Counted from the stretch's first letter, positions 40,135 to 49,903 are shown. The stretch is 64,000 bases of DNA from Sarea resinae (GCA_026026165.1 JAPEUD010000001.1:124001-188000), one strand, 5' to 3'. Notes: generated from the sequence alone by a model not told the origin. Numbers and translations: made by a program.

Positions 40135-42830
40135 TTTCGTTCGGCTGCATATTGTAGCCATCACCAGAAGGGAAGGGGGGATGTGTGCGGCGTGAGGAAG
40201 AGAGGGGGGCTTCCGTTGCCAGCTGCCCTCCTGGCAACGTCCTCCGTGCCACTTGTGACAATTTTCACACTTAACACGATGCCAGAATCCCCCAAAAGTT
40301 CTTCATCTCGTCGTCGTCATCGTCACAGACGTTGCAGTCCTAGCCAAGGTCTCGTGGAGAGACAGTTGGAGATGGGAGAGGCAGCTTGTGAACTCGTCGA
40401 TTGCCAGCACTTCCCCCGCATGCCATTCCTTGCAAATCTCGCACTTCACACGCTTCTGTAGTAAGTGTTAGCAAGCGTCCATCTAGAGCTAAAGCCAAAG
40501 TTCTGTCCCAGGGTCATTGAGACAAGGATGATGCCCAAGGCTTGCAATCAGGAAAGCTGACAGCGAGGAATTCAGGCTAGTGTGCATTCTATTACTTACA
40601 TTTGTGAAATTGTACGTTTTTGTCGTGACTGACGTTGCGGTTGCCAGTAATGAAGGGCGCAGGTGAGGGTTATGAGATAACGCTTGGTTTGCCGGCGGCC
40701 CCGGCAACTTCCCGCATGCCACTTGTGACAGTTTTCACACTTAACCCGATGCCGGAATCCACCAAAAGTTTTTCCATCTCGTCGTGGCGGTGGTGAGTAC
40801 AGAACAGGAGTCTTTATCTAACCTTCCATGGTACCGTCTTTTGCCGGAGATCCCCTCGGAGTCTTCTCAGGCTTCTCTCTAATACTGCACCCAGTGTCTT
40901 TCTCGCCGGACTCACTGGAGTCCCTTTGTTGTCGGACTCTCCCGAGTTGGTTTTGTTTTCAGCCGATGCCGGTTCTTTGCCTGCTGCCCTCTTATTGGTT
41001 TTCTTCCCAACCTCGACTGGCTGCGCCTCGTCATTGCTAGTACCTTCCCCGTCCGCCTCCTCTTCCCTCTCGGGCTCTCTCTTTTCCTTTCCCCTTCTTC
41101 TTGTTCTTTTAGAGCCAGCCATCAGGAAACATGATGACAAGGAATTCAGACTAGAGTGAATTCTACTATTCACATCCCCAAAGACGTAGGTTGTAGCCGA
41201 TGTGGCTCTTGCGAGCAAGGACGGAGGGATTTGGCCGGCTGCCGTTGCCGGTTGTAGTCTCCTGCACTCGCCTTTCCCGTGCCATTTGTGACACCTCCCA
41301 CATTTGCTACGTTCCTGTATTAAGTGTTAGCAAGCGTTCATCTAAAGCTAAAGCGAAAGGACCGTCAGACGGTCATTAAGAAATATCGTTCGATGCCCGG
41401 GGCTTGCAATAAGGAAAGCTGACAACGAACGATTCAGGCTAAATGCTATTACTCACAATTTCTAAATGATATGTGCTGGTAGTGGTCATGGTCGCAACGG
41501 ACGTTGCGGCCGCCATGAGGGAGGTGGAGAAGTGTGGGTGGTTGGAGAGCGCTCGGTTTGCGGGCGCCGGGGAGGGGGAGGAAGACGCCGGCAACATCCT
41601 CCATGCCACTTGTGGCAGTTTTCAGATGCCGGAATCCCCCAAAAGTTCTTCATCTCTACACTGCCACCATCGCGGAGGACTCTTTCCCCATGGCCTTGAG
41701 CTCTTGATCACGAGCATCGTCGCTGGAATCCCAATGACTATAGCCGCTATGGCCTCGATCATGGCTGCCATGCCCTTCAGCTTTTGATCACGAGCATCGT
41801 TGCTGGAATCCCCCAACAGTTTCTAGTCTCTATACGGCCACCACCGCCAAGGACTTTTGCCGCGCTGCTGGAATCCCTGTCGCTAATCCGAACCCGAAAA
41901 GGTAGTAAACAGAAAGCACTGTGATAGAGGTCAGTGCAATTATCGACTGAGCCGGCAGTCCATGGAGCCAGCAATCTTGAGAGCCGATAACAAGGGATCC
42001 CAAGCTAGAGTGAAATCTACTACTCACATTCTTGAAGACATGGGGCTAGTGGTAGTTTTAGTTGTGACCGAAGTTGGCCTGGCCGCGAAGTGGTGCTGGA
42101 GAGCGAGGTGAGCTCTGGGGGGAGGTGTGTCCGGTGGTGGGGAAGAGCAAGCATGGCTTGTGCTGTGTGTGGGAGTGCGGCGAAGAGACATGGGAGGGTG
42201 TTGCGTTGAAGAGAGTGAGAAAGGGCTGAGGTGGTCGTGCCTCACGACTTCGAAGACGTCGCGCGGAGAGATAGGTTCGCGGCAGTTGAAGCAGCGAGGG
42301 GCGGCGTCTGGATGTTTTTTCTGCTGATGTTCGATATACTCCAACAGACATTTCTTGCAAGCGCTATGCCAACATCCTGTGACGGTCTGCTCGATCATGG
42401 GCTCTTCGGCACATATGGAGATCGTTGGAGCCGGGTTATAGTAGTCTTTTTGGATGGCTCACGTAGGAACAGGTTTGCCTATTTACTGGTCCTTACATCT
42501 ATTGCTAGCCTAAAATTCTTGGTCAGTCTTCAATCTATGATAATTGCAGAACGGTATGCCAGACAAAACACAATGAATTACACGAACGAGTTTTCAGGCT
42601 GGAGTGGATTCTATTACTCACAATTTGAAAGGAGTATGTGCTGGTGATAGTCGTGAGTGAGGTGCGGGCACTGTGAGTGGTGGTGGTGGTGGTGGTGAAT
42701 GGAGAGATCAGAGTGGTGGTGAAGGAAGTGGAGGTGGGAGAGAATGGGACACGGCTTGCGTTCCCGGTCCCCCACGGCATCTGCCCTCATCGTTCCATTT
42801 GCGGCAGCCCTTCTATCTGGACGGAGTCAA
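40135..42830 (-). pseudogene. Array of about 7 degenerate copies of the zinc-knuckle exon and its introns (paralogues of the gene at 45016-46390)
   Basis: Minus-strand KCENCHKWHGGRC (~40270), KCEICKEWHAG (~40445), KCENCHKWHAGSC (~40740), KCGRCHKWHGKGEC (41314-41174), ENCHKWHGGC (~41620), GCRKWNDEGRC (~42810). Most are followed by SLLA-ATS-T-rich tails, and several by a GTRAGT-AATAGAAT donor. Confidence 0.8.
42234..42416 (-). pseudogene. RAD5: Captured RAD5 RING-finger fragment
   Basis: ICAEEPMIEQTVTGCWHSACKKCLLEYIEHQ..PRCFNCREPISPRDVFEVVRHD matches the recalled filamentous-fungal Rad5 C3HC4 RING. The first Cys and both helicase halves are absent. Confidence 0.75.
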
Positions 42831-43538
42831 CAGACGACATTTTCATGCTTGGGGAAGCTGAACCTTCCGAATCGAGAAAATCTCACCTGACCGAGACCTG
42901 TTACGGGACTCTGGCGGGATAAATCCGTGATGAGAAAAGAATTTTGCACCTTCGCGGATGATGTGATTGTCAAAATCCCGCTGGGCTAAACCTCGGAATT
43001 TGAGAAGTAAGTTGGACTTGTTACCATATATGATAAACAAGAGGTTGCGTGAGGAAAAGAAGAAGCAAGAAAAAGGTTCGTTCTAGTAGATATTTATATC
43101 CACATGACCTCGCTAGAAGATCACGCACCAGGAAGTCATAGAACCTATGAGTAGCACATGCTTCAATGCAAAGCGAATCTGTTGCCGTAGCAAGAAGGTA
43201 TCAAGTGCTTACCACGGGGAAACAGCGAAGTCGCTCAACACCGAGGGAGGGCTATTGCCACAACCGTATAGTCTATATGCCTATCGATGACTGCATTTCC
43301 ACCTATTGAGCCGTGAAAAAAGTAGACCTAACTTTGCAATGGTAAATGTCCTGTTGAGGTTAGCAAGTGGCCAATCTCCAGGAGACCCCTCGAGTAGCTC
43401 TGTAAGCTCAATGTAATGTGTATACACATCCTGTAAAAAGATATCAAGAGGGAAGTTCTGGATGTCGCCACAACTGGCCAACAAAATTAAGCAGCAGAAA
43501 AACTAAATGAGGATGGCAAGAGAGATTGGCAAAAGAGA

Positions 43539-43657
43539 TAGTCATGCTGGGGATCGAACCCAGGCCTCTGTGATGCCCAATCACCGCAACCGTTCGGGGA
43601 ACTGTTGGGGGATTCCGGCAATTAAGGCACAGCGCTCTACCACTGAGCTACATGACC
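43539..43657 (-). tRNA. Intron-containing tRNA gene, apparent anticodon TTA (ochre-suppressor-like/undetermined), copy 1
   Basis: GGTCATG-TA-GCTC-AGTGGTA-GAGC-G-CTGTG-CC-TTA-A-[48-nt intron 43621-43574]-T-CACAG-AGGC-CTGGG-TTCGATC-CCCAG-CATGACT-A. All four stems pair, A and B boxes are intact, and a T-run follows. Confidence 0.8.
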
Positions 43658-43748
43658 GAGTTGATATACACATCTCTCGACAGACAGAATTATGAGCATT
43701 CTCCGTGAGGGCTGGGTGCAAAATATCAATGAAAATGGCAAAAAGTAA

Positions 43749-43867
43749 TAGTCATGCTGGGGATCGAACCCAGGCCTCTGTGATGCCCAATCACCGCAAC
43801 CGTTCGGGGAACTGTTGGGGGATTCCGGCAATTAAGGCACAGCGCTCTACCACTGAGCTACACGACC
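43749..43867 (-). tRNA. Intron-containing tRNA gene, apparent anticodon TTA, copy 2 (210-bp tandem duplication)
   Basis: Identical to copy 1, intron included, except A5 to G (gives a G-U pair). The flanks are more diverged than the gene. TTTTT terminator downstream. Confidence 0.8.
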
Positions 43868-44613
43868 GATTTGATATACACACCTCTCGACGAAAAGTAT
43901 CATGACCATTTCGGTGAGGGTTGGAATCCAGTCTCTAAGTTTGTTATCTCGATAAAGCGGCGACATTTGTAAAAGGGAGCAACAGTAGACGGCCTCAGCA
44001 GCTGGCGGAATCTGGATGCCTGGCCTTACTATCTGTCTACAAGGCAAATTCGGCACTTCAAAGATAATTCGATCTTCGATCACCAAGAAGAGAGTATGCT
44101 AGGTATAAGAAGATTCAAAACGCATATAATGATCAGCTCGACCAATTGAGAACGAAGGATTGTAAGCTCCTAGCACCTGGGAGCATGTATAGCAAGGTAA
44201 TCCATATGGTGGCGGCGCTCGAGGAGGGAGGAAAAGAATCGCAGACCTTAGGAGGTAGTTTGTGAGATTACACGCTAAAAAGTGGACGGAAGAACTTCAA
44301 CATCTTGGTGATTTTTAGCTGTTACCCTATGTTGACAATCGGCCATGTTGCTATCCTACTAAGCAGCTAGCATGGGATGGAAATAAGGCAATAGAAAACG
44401 CATATTCATCTAGCGAGACTATGAAGACGGGACCCAGTAATCCATTTTCTCCAATCAAGGCTTCAAGAGATTCAAATCCCCAAATTATTCACATTGCTGA
44501 AGTTGGCGTAGTCACGTGGTCGGACCGGATCGACCCGTTCGACGTAGCATTGGAAATGCGCTCGAGACCGCAATATCGTATTGCTCACTTCACCTCATGA
44601 AAATCGATCTCTC

Positions 44614-44790
44614 ACGCAGACGAATCAGATTGCGCCAGTCGCAGGTCTTTTGTATATGGTCAGAGTAGAGAGGAAGGGAAGGATCGGATGAAGATGTATG
44701 GTTGACCCGTTCAAGTCAGTCGTTTCTAACACCGCCGAACGTTTCCGGGTCAGTACATTGAGCATTGAAAACAGGCGCAATTGTGACGGC
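44614..44790. repeat. Imperfect inverted repeat, partner at ~47215-47398 (plus a partial extra copy at ~47060-47155)
   Basis: gcaggtcttttgtatatggtcagag...tttccgggtcagtacattgagcattgaaaacaggcgc aligns with the reverse complement gcaggccttccgtatatagtcagag...tttcgggtcagtccgttgagcgttgaaagcaagcgc. Confidence 0.75.
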
Positions 44791-45015
44791 CTACATGACA
44801 ACACGGGACGATATCTTCAGATACTGAATAACACGTTTCAATTAACCCGATTGGCTGACTCAGCATTCAAGCTGTCCGAGTGGCCGTTCGGCAAGCGATT
44901 TGATTAGGTAAAGAACGCGTGTCTACAATTTGACTAGTCACTCTGATATAGGGCTGAATATTGAGAGGATAGAAATCAAGAATTCATCATGCCTATGGTA
45001 TCAATAACAGGTTGA

Positions 45016-46390
45016 CTAATCCTCCATCGCGATGTCCTTTGCCGGGGAAACGCCCCTCTCGGCCCCCTTCTCGGAGGCTTTGCCGTCCTCGCCGGCATTG
45101 CCGGTGTTCCCATTCTTCTCTCGGAGTACCACTTCTTTGCCGGTCACCCCCATTTTCTCTACTGCCTTCTGGGCAGACTTCCCTCCTTCATTGGCCGGAG
45201 TCCTTTTCTTATTGGACTTCCCCGCCCCACTGCCTGACGTCCTTTTCTTGCCGGGGACGCCCCTTTCAATAGCTGGAGTCGTTTTCTTGCCGGACCCCAA
45301 CGGAATTGCCACTTTTTCGGCCGATGAGGCCTCCTTACCGGCGTCCCCCTCCTGACCCTCCTTCTCAATCTCTGCCTCGTCGTTGCCGGAACCCCCCTCC
45401 GCGTCATCTTCCCCTTCAGTTTCGCGCTCTTTCTTTCCCCCCCCCCTCTTGCCGGCTCCCCCCTTTTTGCCGGCTCCCCCCTTTTTGCCGGCTCCCCCAC
45501 TTTTCTGGTAAGGGTGGAACCTGTTGCCGGGCTACATTTATCTGTCAGTCTTCATTTCTAAGCAAAGCTGAACGGCCTTCCAAAAAAAGATGGAAAATCA
45601 ATGAAGAACGGCCGAGAAAACAGAGCGACGTGGGAGAGGTCACAATCAATTGAGCCGGTAGTGCATAGAGCCAGCAATAGGGAAAGCTGAACGGCATGCC
45701 AAAAAAAAGATGGAAAATCAATGAAGAACGAGCGAGAAAACAGAGCAACGTGGTAGAGGCAATGATCAACCGAGCCGGCAGTGCCAAGAGCCAGCAATCG
45801 GGAAAGCTGAACGGCGTGCCAAAAAAAAAACAAGATGGAAAATCCATGAAGAACGAGCGAAAAACAGAGCAACGTGGTAGAGGCAATGATCAACTGAGCC
45901 GGCAGTACATAGAGCCAGCAATCGGGAAAGCTGAACGGCATGCCAAACAAGAACGAAAAGCCAATGTAGAACGAGCGAGGAACAGAGAGCAATGTGGTGG
46001 AGGCAATCATCAACCCAGCCGGCAGTCCACGGGGCCAGCAATCAGGAAAGCTGACAACGAGGAATTCAGACTAGTAATTCTATTACTCACATTGGAGAAA
46101 GTGTAGTGTATGGCGGACGTTGCTCTGGCCATGAGAGAGGCAGGGATGCTTCCGGCGTGAGCGGCTCCCGTTGCCGGTGGTCCCCCACACTCGCCCTTGC
46201 CGTGCCAACGGTGGCATCGTCCACATTTGGCACGTCTCTAATAGTAAGTATCAGCAAGCGATCATCTAGAGCTAAAGCCGAAGGAATGGTTCGGGGTCGT
46301 TGAGATGTAAGACAACTTGTAACGGCAACGAGTGATGGCTTTGGAAAGCCAGGCCTTGGGTCATGAATCACTTACCTTTTGTCTTGGCAT
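45016..46390 (-). CDS. Intact 3-exon, 225-aa CCHC zinc-knuckle protein with PY-NLS and a Lys/Gly/Glu-rich tail
   Basis: Exons 46390-46376 (MPRQK), 46237-46091 (RRAKCGRCHRWHGKGEC...HYTFSN) and 45531-45016 (PGNRFHPYQKSGGAGKK...SPAKDIAMED*). All junctions phase 0; donors GTAAGT/GTGAGT; branch sites GCTGAT/ACTGAC; TAG acceptors. A further intron at 46462-46391 ends directly before the ATG. Confidence 0.75.
45565..46052. repeat. About 4 tandem copies of a ~120-bp unit inside intron 2 of the zinc-knuckle gene
   Basis: aagctgaacggc...gagccggcagt...gagccagcaatcggga recurs at ~45565, 45684, 45805 and 45928. Confidence 0.93.
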
Positions 46391-46466
46391 CTAAAGACGA
46401 TGAGCAAGGTCAGTTGACTCTACTGATATAGAGTGCTTTGCGATGGATGGGCAGCCACTTACTCTC

Positions 46467-46635
46467 GATGATGATGATGACGGTGATGATGGTGGTGGTG
46501 ATGATGGTGGTGGTGATGATGGTGGTGGTGATGATGGTGGTGGTGATGATGGTGGTGGTGATGATGGTGGTGGTGATGATGGTGGTGGTGATGATGGTGG
46601 TGGTGATGATGGTGATGGTGATGGTGGTGATGGTG
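46467..46635. repeat. (GGTGGTGGTGATGAT)n minisatellite in the presumed 5' leader of the zinc-knuckle gene
   Basis: Seen directly; 15-bp period. Confidence 0.95.
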
Positions 46636-47800
46636 TGTACGAAAGAGGTTGAAAGGAAAAGAAGGAAAACAAACGGACGACGCAGTATTTAAGGTGGCCT
46701 CACAAGCCTCGGTCCTACCAGTTCAGATGTCTTACGTTCCTCTCCCTCATGGCTGACTTCCTACAGTATATTGGAAGCGCTTGTCCTCCACATCGCCCCG
46801 TACCTGCCTCCTATATTGCGTCCGAACCTGAAATGGGCAGAGGAGCATACATATCTTACCATTCTCGAAGGAGCCACCTAGGGGTCTAGATCGTTACATA
46901 CGAGGAGATCGAGTACCCCCGTCCATCTGCTCATAGACCTACCTGCCTCCTGTTCGTCTTCCTGCCTTGAGCTTCTTCCTTACTTGCCCCTGTTTGTCTT
47001 CCTACTATAAGCTCCTTCTTACATACCGCCTCTCCCTTCTAGACTCGACACCGACGTCGTCATATTGACCGTCAACGCGCCTGCTTGCAATGCTCAACCT
47101 ACTGACCCGAATACGCTCAAGCTGTCAGAAGACACTGACTTCGAGCATGAGTCGTTATAGAGCCTCCTCTTGTATCCTCTCCCCCCCCCCTCCCTCCCCT
47201 CCCTCCCCGTACCATCATATAGACCGTCAATGCGCTTGCTTTCAACGCTCAACGGACTGACCCGAAAGCGCTTGAAGGTGTCAGGATAGCCTGATTTCAA
47301 TGAGTCAATCACACACACACCTCCCCCCTCTGACTATATACGGAAGGCCTGCTTACAGGCGCCTGCGTTTTATACTCCGTTTATTGCCGACAGCGTGTTG
47401 ATTCATCAATACCTACCCTTCGATATTCAGCCCGACGCCTCAAGGAATTCAGTATATCAGGACTACTCTAGTAGAATTCTAGACAGGCGTTCTATTGCTA
47501 CATTGCTTGCTAGATTGTTTCTAGCTAAGTTGGTTGCTAAGTCTGTCGTTCGAGTAAGCGGCGTAGGAGCCTGTTAGGACGCTGTCCAGTATACTACCAT
47601 CGAGCTATGAAAACATGCGCCTACTGCGTACAATTTGATCAGATAACGATTTGCGTACAACTCTTGTCGACAGAATACAAAAATACTGCCTCTGATAATC
47701 AAAATGATTTCTAATCACTAGGTGACTTAATTGGATGGGAAAAGTAAGAGAAAAAAATTAAGCGACAAAAAAATCGAAAAAAAGTTAAAAATAATAATTT

Positions 47801-47881
47801 CGATGTTGACAAGATTCGAACTTGCGTGACCTAAGTCATATGATTTCTAGTCATACGCGATAACCACTCCGCCACAACATC
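47801..47881 (-). tRNA. tRNA-Ser(AGA)
   Basis: GATGTTG-TG-GCG-GAGTGGTTAT-CGC-G-TATGA-CT-AGA-AA-TCATA-TGACTTAGGTCA-C-GCAAG-TTCGAAT-CTTGT-CAACATC-G; long variable arm, G73, downstream T-runs. Confidence 0.9.
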
Positions 47882-48776
47882 TAGTGTTTTCTTGTTGAAG
47901 AATAGTTGTTTGACACAATCTATATACCTAAAGAACATGTCTTTCGATAGATAGCCTCCTGGTGAACTGGTAACGCTGCACAGCTTTGAGCCCTGGGTAA
48001 AAATGTCGCTTAGCGATCTCGCTTTGAGATCCATGTTTACATGTTATCGGCCAGATAAGCTACCGCAGTACTCCGAGTAGAGTACTGCCAAATACCTCAG
48101 CTTGAGCTTACAATTTGTCGGGATAAGCCAATCCAGCATGATCATGTGACTATGCCGAGTTCGGCAGTCGGTGTAAACGGAGAATTCAACCTCTCAATGG
48201 CTACATTGGGGGGGGGGAAGATAAATATCTCCTATTATTTAGGCCGTTCTCGATGGATTAAGGCTTCAACTGTTCTGTCTCTATGTAGGTAGCTTTACAA
48301 ACACACTCCCTTTCAGCCGTCTAGTAGGGTATCTAGAATCAATAGCGATATAGCCTGTAGCCGAATATCCCAACACAATTCACCCTTATAATTACCAAGT
48401 GCCCCGCATTTCAAATTTTCCGCAATTTACTTCGCCTCCTGACAGCGCCATAGAATCACATTCACCAGCGTGTATGCCTAACACAAGCAATTGATAGAAT
48501 TGGTTTCGTCTACTACATGGCTGCCCGATGGCTTTCTGCATTTTGCAATGATTACGACGTGGCTCTGATATCATGTTCGGCTCTCGGTGCCTTGAGGATC
48601 GAGCAACTAGCTATTGAGCAATCTCGTTCTGTCGGTTCCGAGGTCCTTCAAGTCTTGGAGGCTTGCTGACCTCAGGGTCTCGTCAACCCGCATTCGCTCT
48701 CATTAGCCCCGTTCTAGCGCGCATAATCCTGCTCTTCAACTGTCCACACTATCCGACGCAGAAAATTCCAAAAATT

Positions 48777-48857
48777 CGACAACTGAAGGACTCGAACCTT
48801 CGACCCAAAAGGGATATGATTTCTAGTCATACGCAATGACCACTCTGCCAAATTGTC
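48777..48857 (-). tRNA. tRNA-Ser(AGA), divergent second copy
   Basis: GACAATT-TG-GCA-GAGTGGTCAT-TGC-G-TATGA-CT-AGA-AA-TCATA-TCCCTTTTGGGT-C-GAAGG-TTCGAGT-CCTTC-AGTTGTC-G. Confidence 0.88.
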
Positions 48858-49269
48858 AAATCAATGGTTGATTGATGAGTTAGAGCCTGATAGATATCAT
48901 ATATATCCCCACGCGGCAGGGGAAAGTCCCCTGAAGATTAGAGCACGATTTGCGAATTATTCATGCTTCGCAGGGCTCTGAAACTCTAGATCTGGACGGT
49001 TGAGAGCACCGAAGGAGGAGACATCTTCTTATCGGCATGACTGTCAACACTATTGAGGAAATCACCGCGTTCTCCTCTATCTCTTACAGTTGCTTTCACC
49101 TTCAGCGCGCCCGGGGTAAGTTGAACGTGTTTACCTTGCATTCAATGACCACTTCAATTCAAATTGACGTTCACTGACCCCTTGGATTCAGTCCATTTGA
49201 TACTTAAGCGTGAATTGATGAAGCCGATTCACATTCACCTTGGGCGTGTGCTCTTTGTAGCGGGATCCA

Positions 49270-49499
49270 GCAGGTATAGATATCTGCCAGATATCAATAG
49301 CTTCTTCCACGCCCTCAATCTCGACCTCCTGCTCGTGTCCCCTTATCTCGCTTCAAGACTGTCGAGTGAACATCTTTATGTTAAGCTCTTGCTGTTGATA
49401 TACCCTCGGAGGCTAGAAGGTATTGACTACGACCTAGACAAGATCTGTCTTAGGACAGATTTACAGACTAGAATTCTCCAAGGTAAATGGATGACCTGA
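49270..49499 (+). pseudogene. Possible decayed fragment of a fungal F-box-like hypothetical protein
   Basis: FFHALNLDLLLVSPYLASRLSSEHLY...LQTRILQGKWMT resembles a recalled fungal family (IFxxxLNxxLPxASPxLxxxLSSEHxY...LQxxILxCRW); stops follow and there is no ATG. Confidence 0.35.
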
Positions 49500-49903
49500 G
49501 GCTATCTCCTAACGCGGCGTTGCCGACCGGTGGGCGTAAGCTAGAACACTTATGAGCTACCTAATCAGAACACAGTACCTGAGCGAGCTTAGCCAGGCTG
49601 CCGAAGCTGTACAAGGAAAGAATAGACAGAGTTCAAGGAAGAAAAACGCTAGGATGTTATTATAAACTAGGATGTTCCAATAATCCACGATATCATTCTT
49701 ATCAAGGATATTATTATAGTCCTAGAGAGGAGTTGCCTTCCTAGCCTTTATGCTATGCTCCTGTTAACAATGAGGAGCATTACATTGAATGCTGTGTTCT
49801 AGAGAAACTACTTCACAGTCCTTAGACAGACAAGAAAGTGTCAGCTTGTTGTCCGACAGAAAGTCGCATCGCTTTTCTGATGAGGTACTTATGCAAGGAG
49901 GAG

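Noticed and set aside
43539..43657. Reading the tRNA as Lys(CTT) or Leu(TAA)
   Set aside because: Either reading shifts the loop by one base and breaks the CTGTG/CACAG stem register, and there is no long variable arm for Leu. These remain alternatives only if splicing is non-canonical.
40540..46090. Recurrent ~60-bp motif (gcaatcaggaaagctgac...gaattcaggctag...ctattactcac) with variable spacing, superficially CRISPR-like
   Set aside because: Eukaryotic context, irregular spacing of hundreds to thousands of bp, and no cas genes. The motif is the reverse complement of the 5' end of a duplicated spliceosomal intron.
40456..46375. Similar introns interpreted as introner-like mobile introns
   Set aside because: The flanking exons are homologous too, so the similarity comes from segmental exon+intron duplication, not insertion of introns into unrelated sites.
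46391..46692. Pro/Ser-, Met/Val- or Asp/Gly-repeat ORFs
   Set aside because: These are translations of the GGT/GAT minisatellite. The minus-strand frame has no ATG, so it is treated as 5' leader of the knuckle gene.
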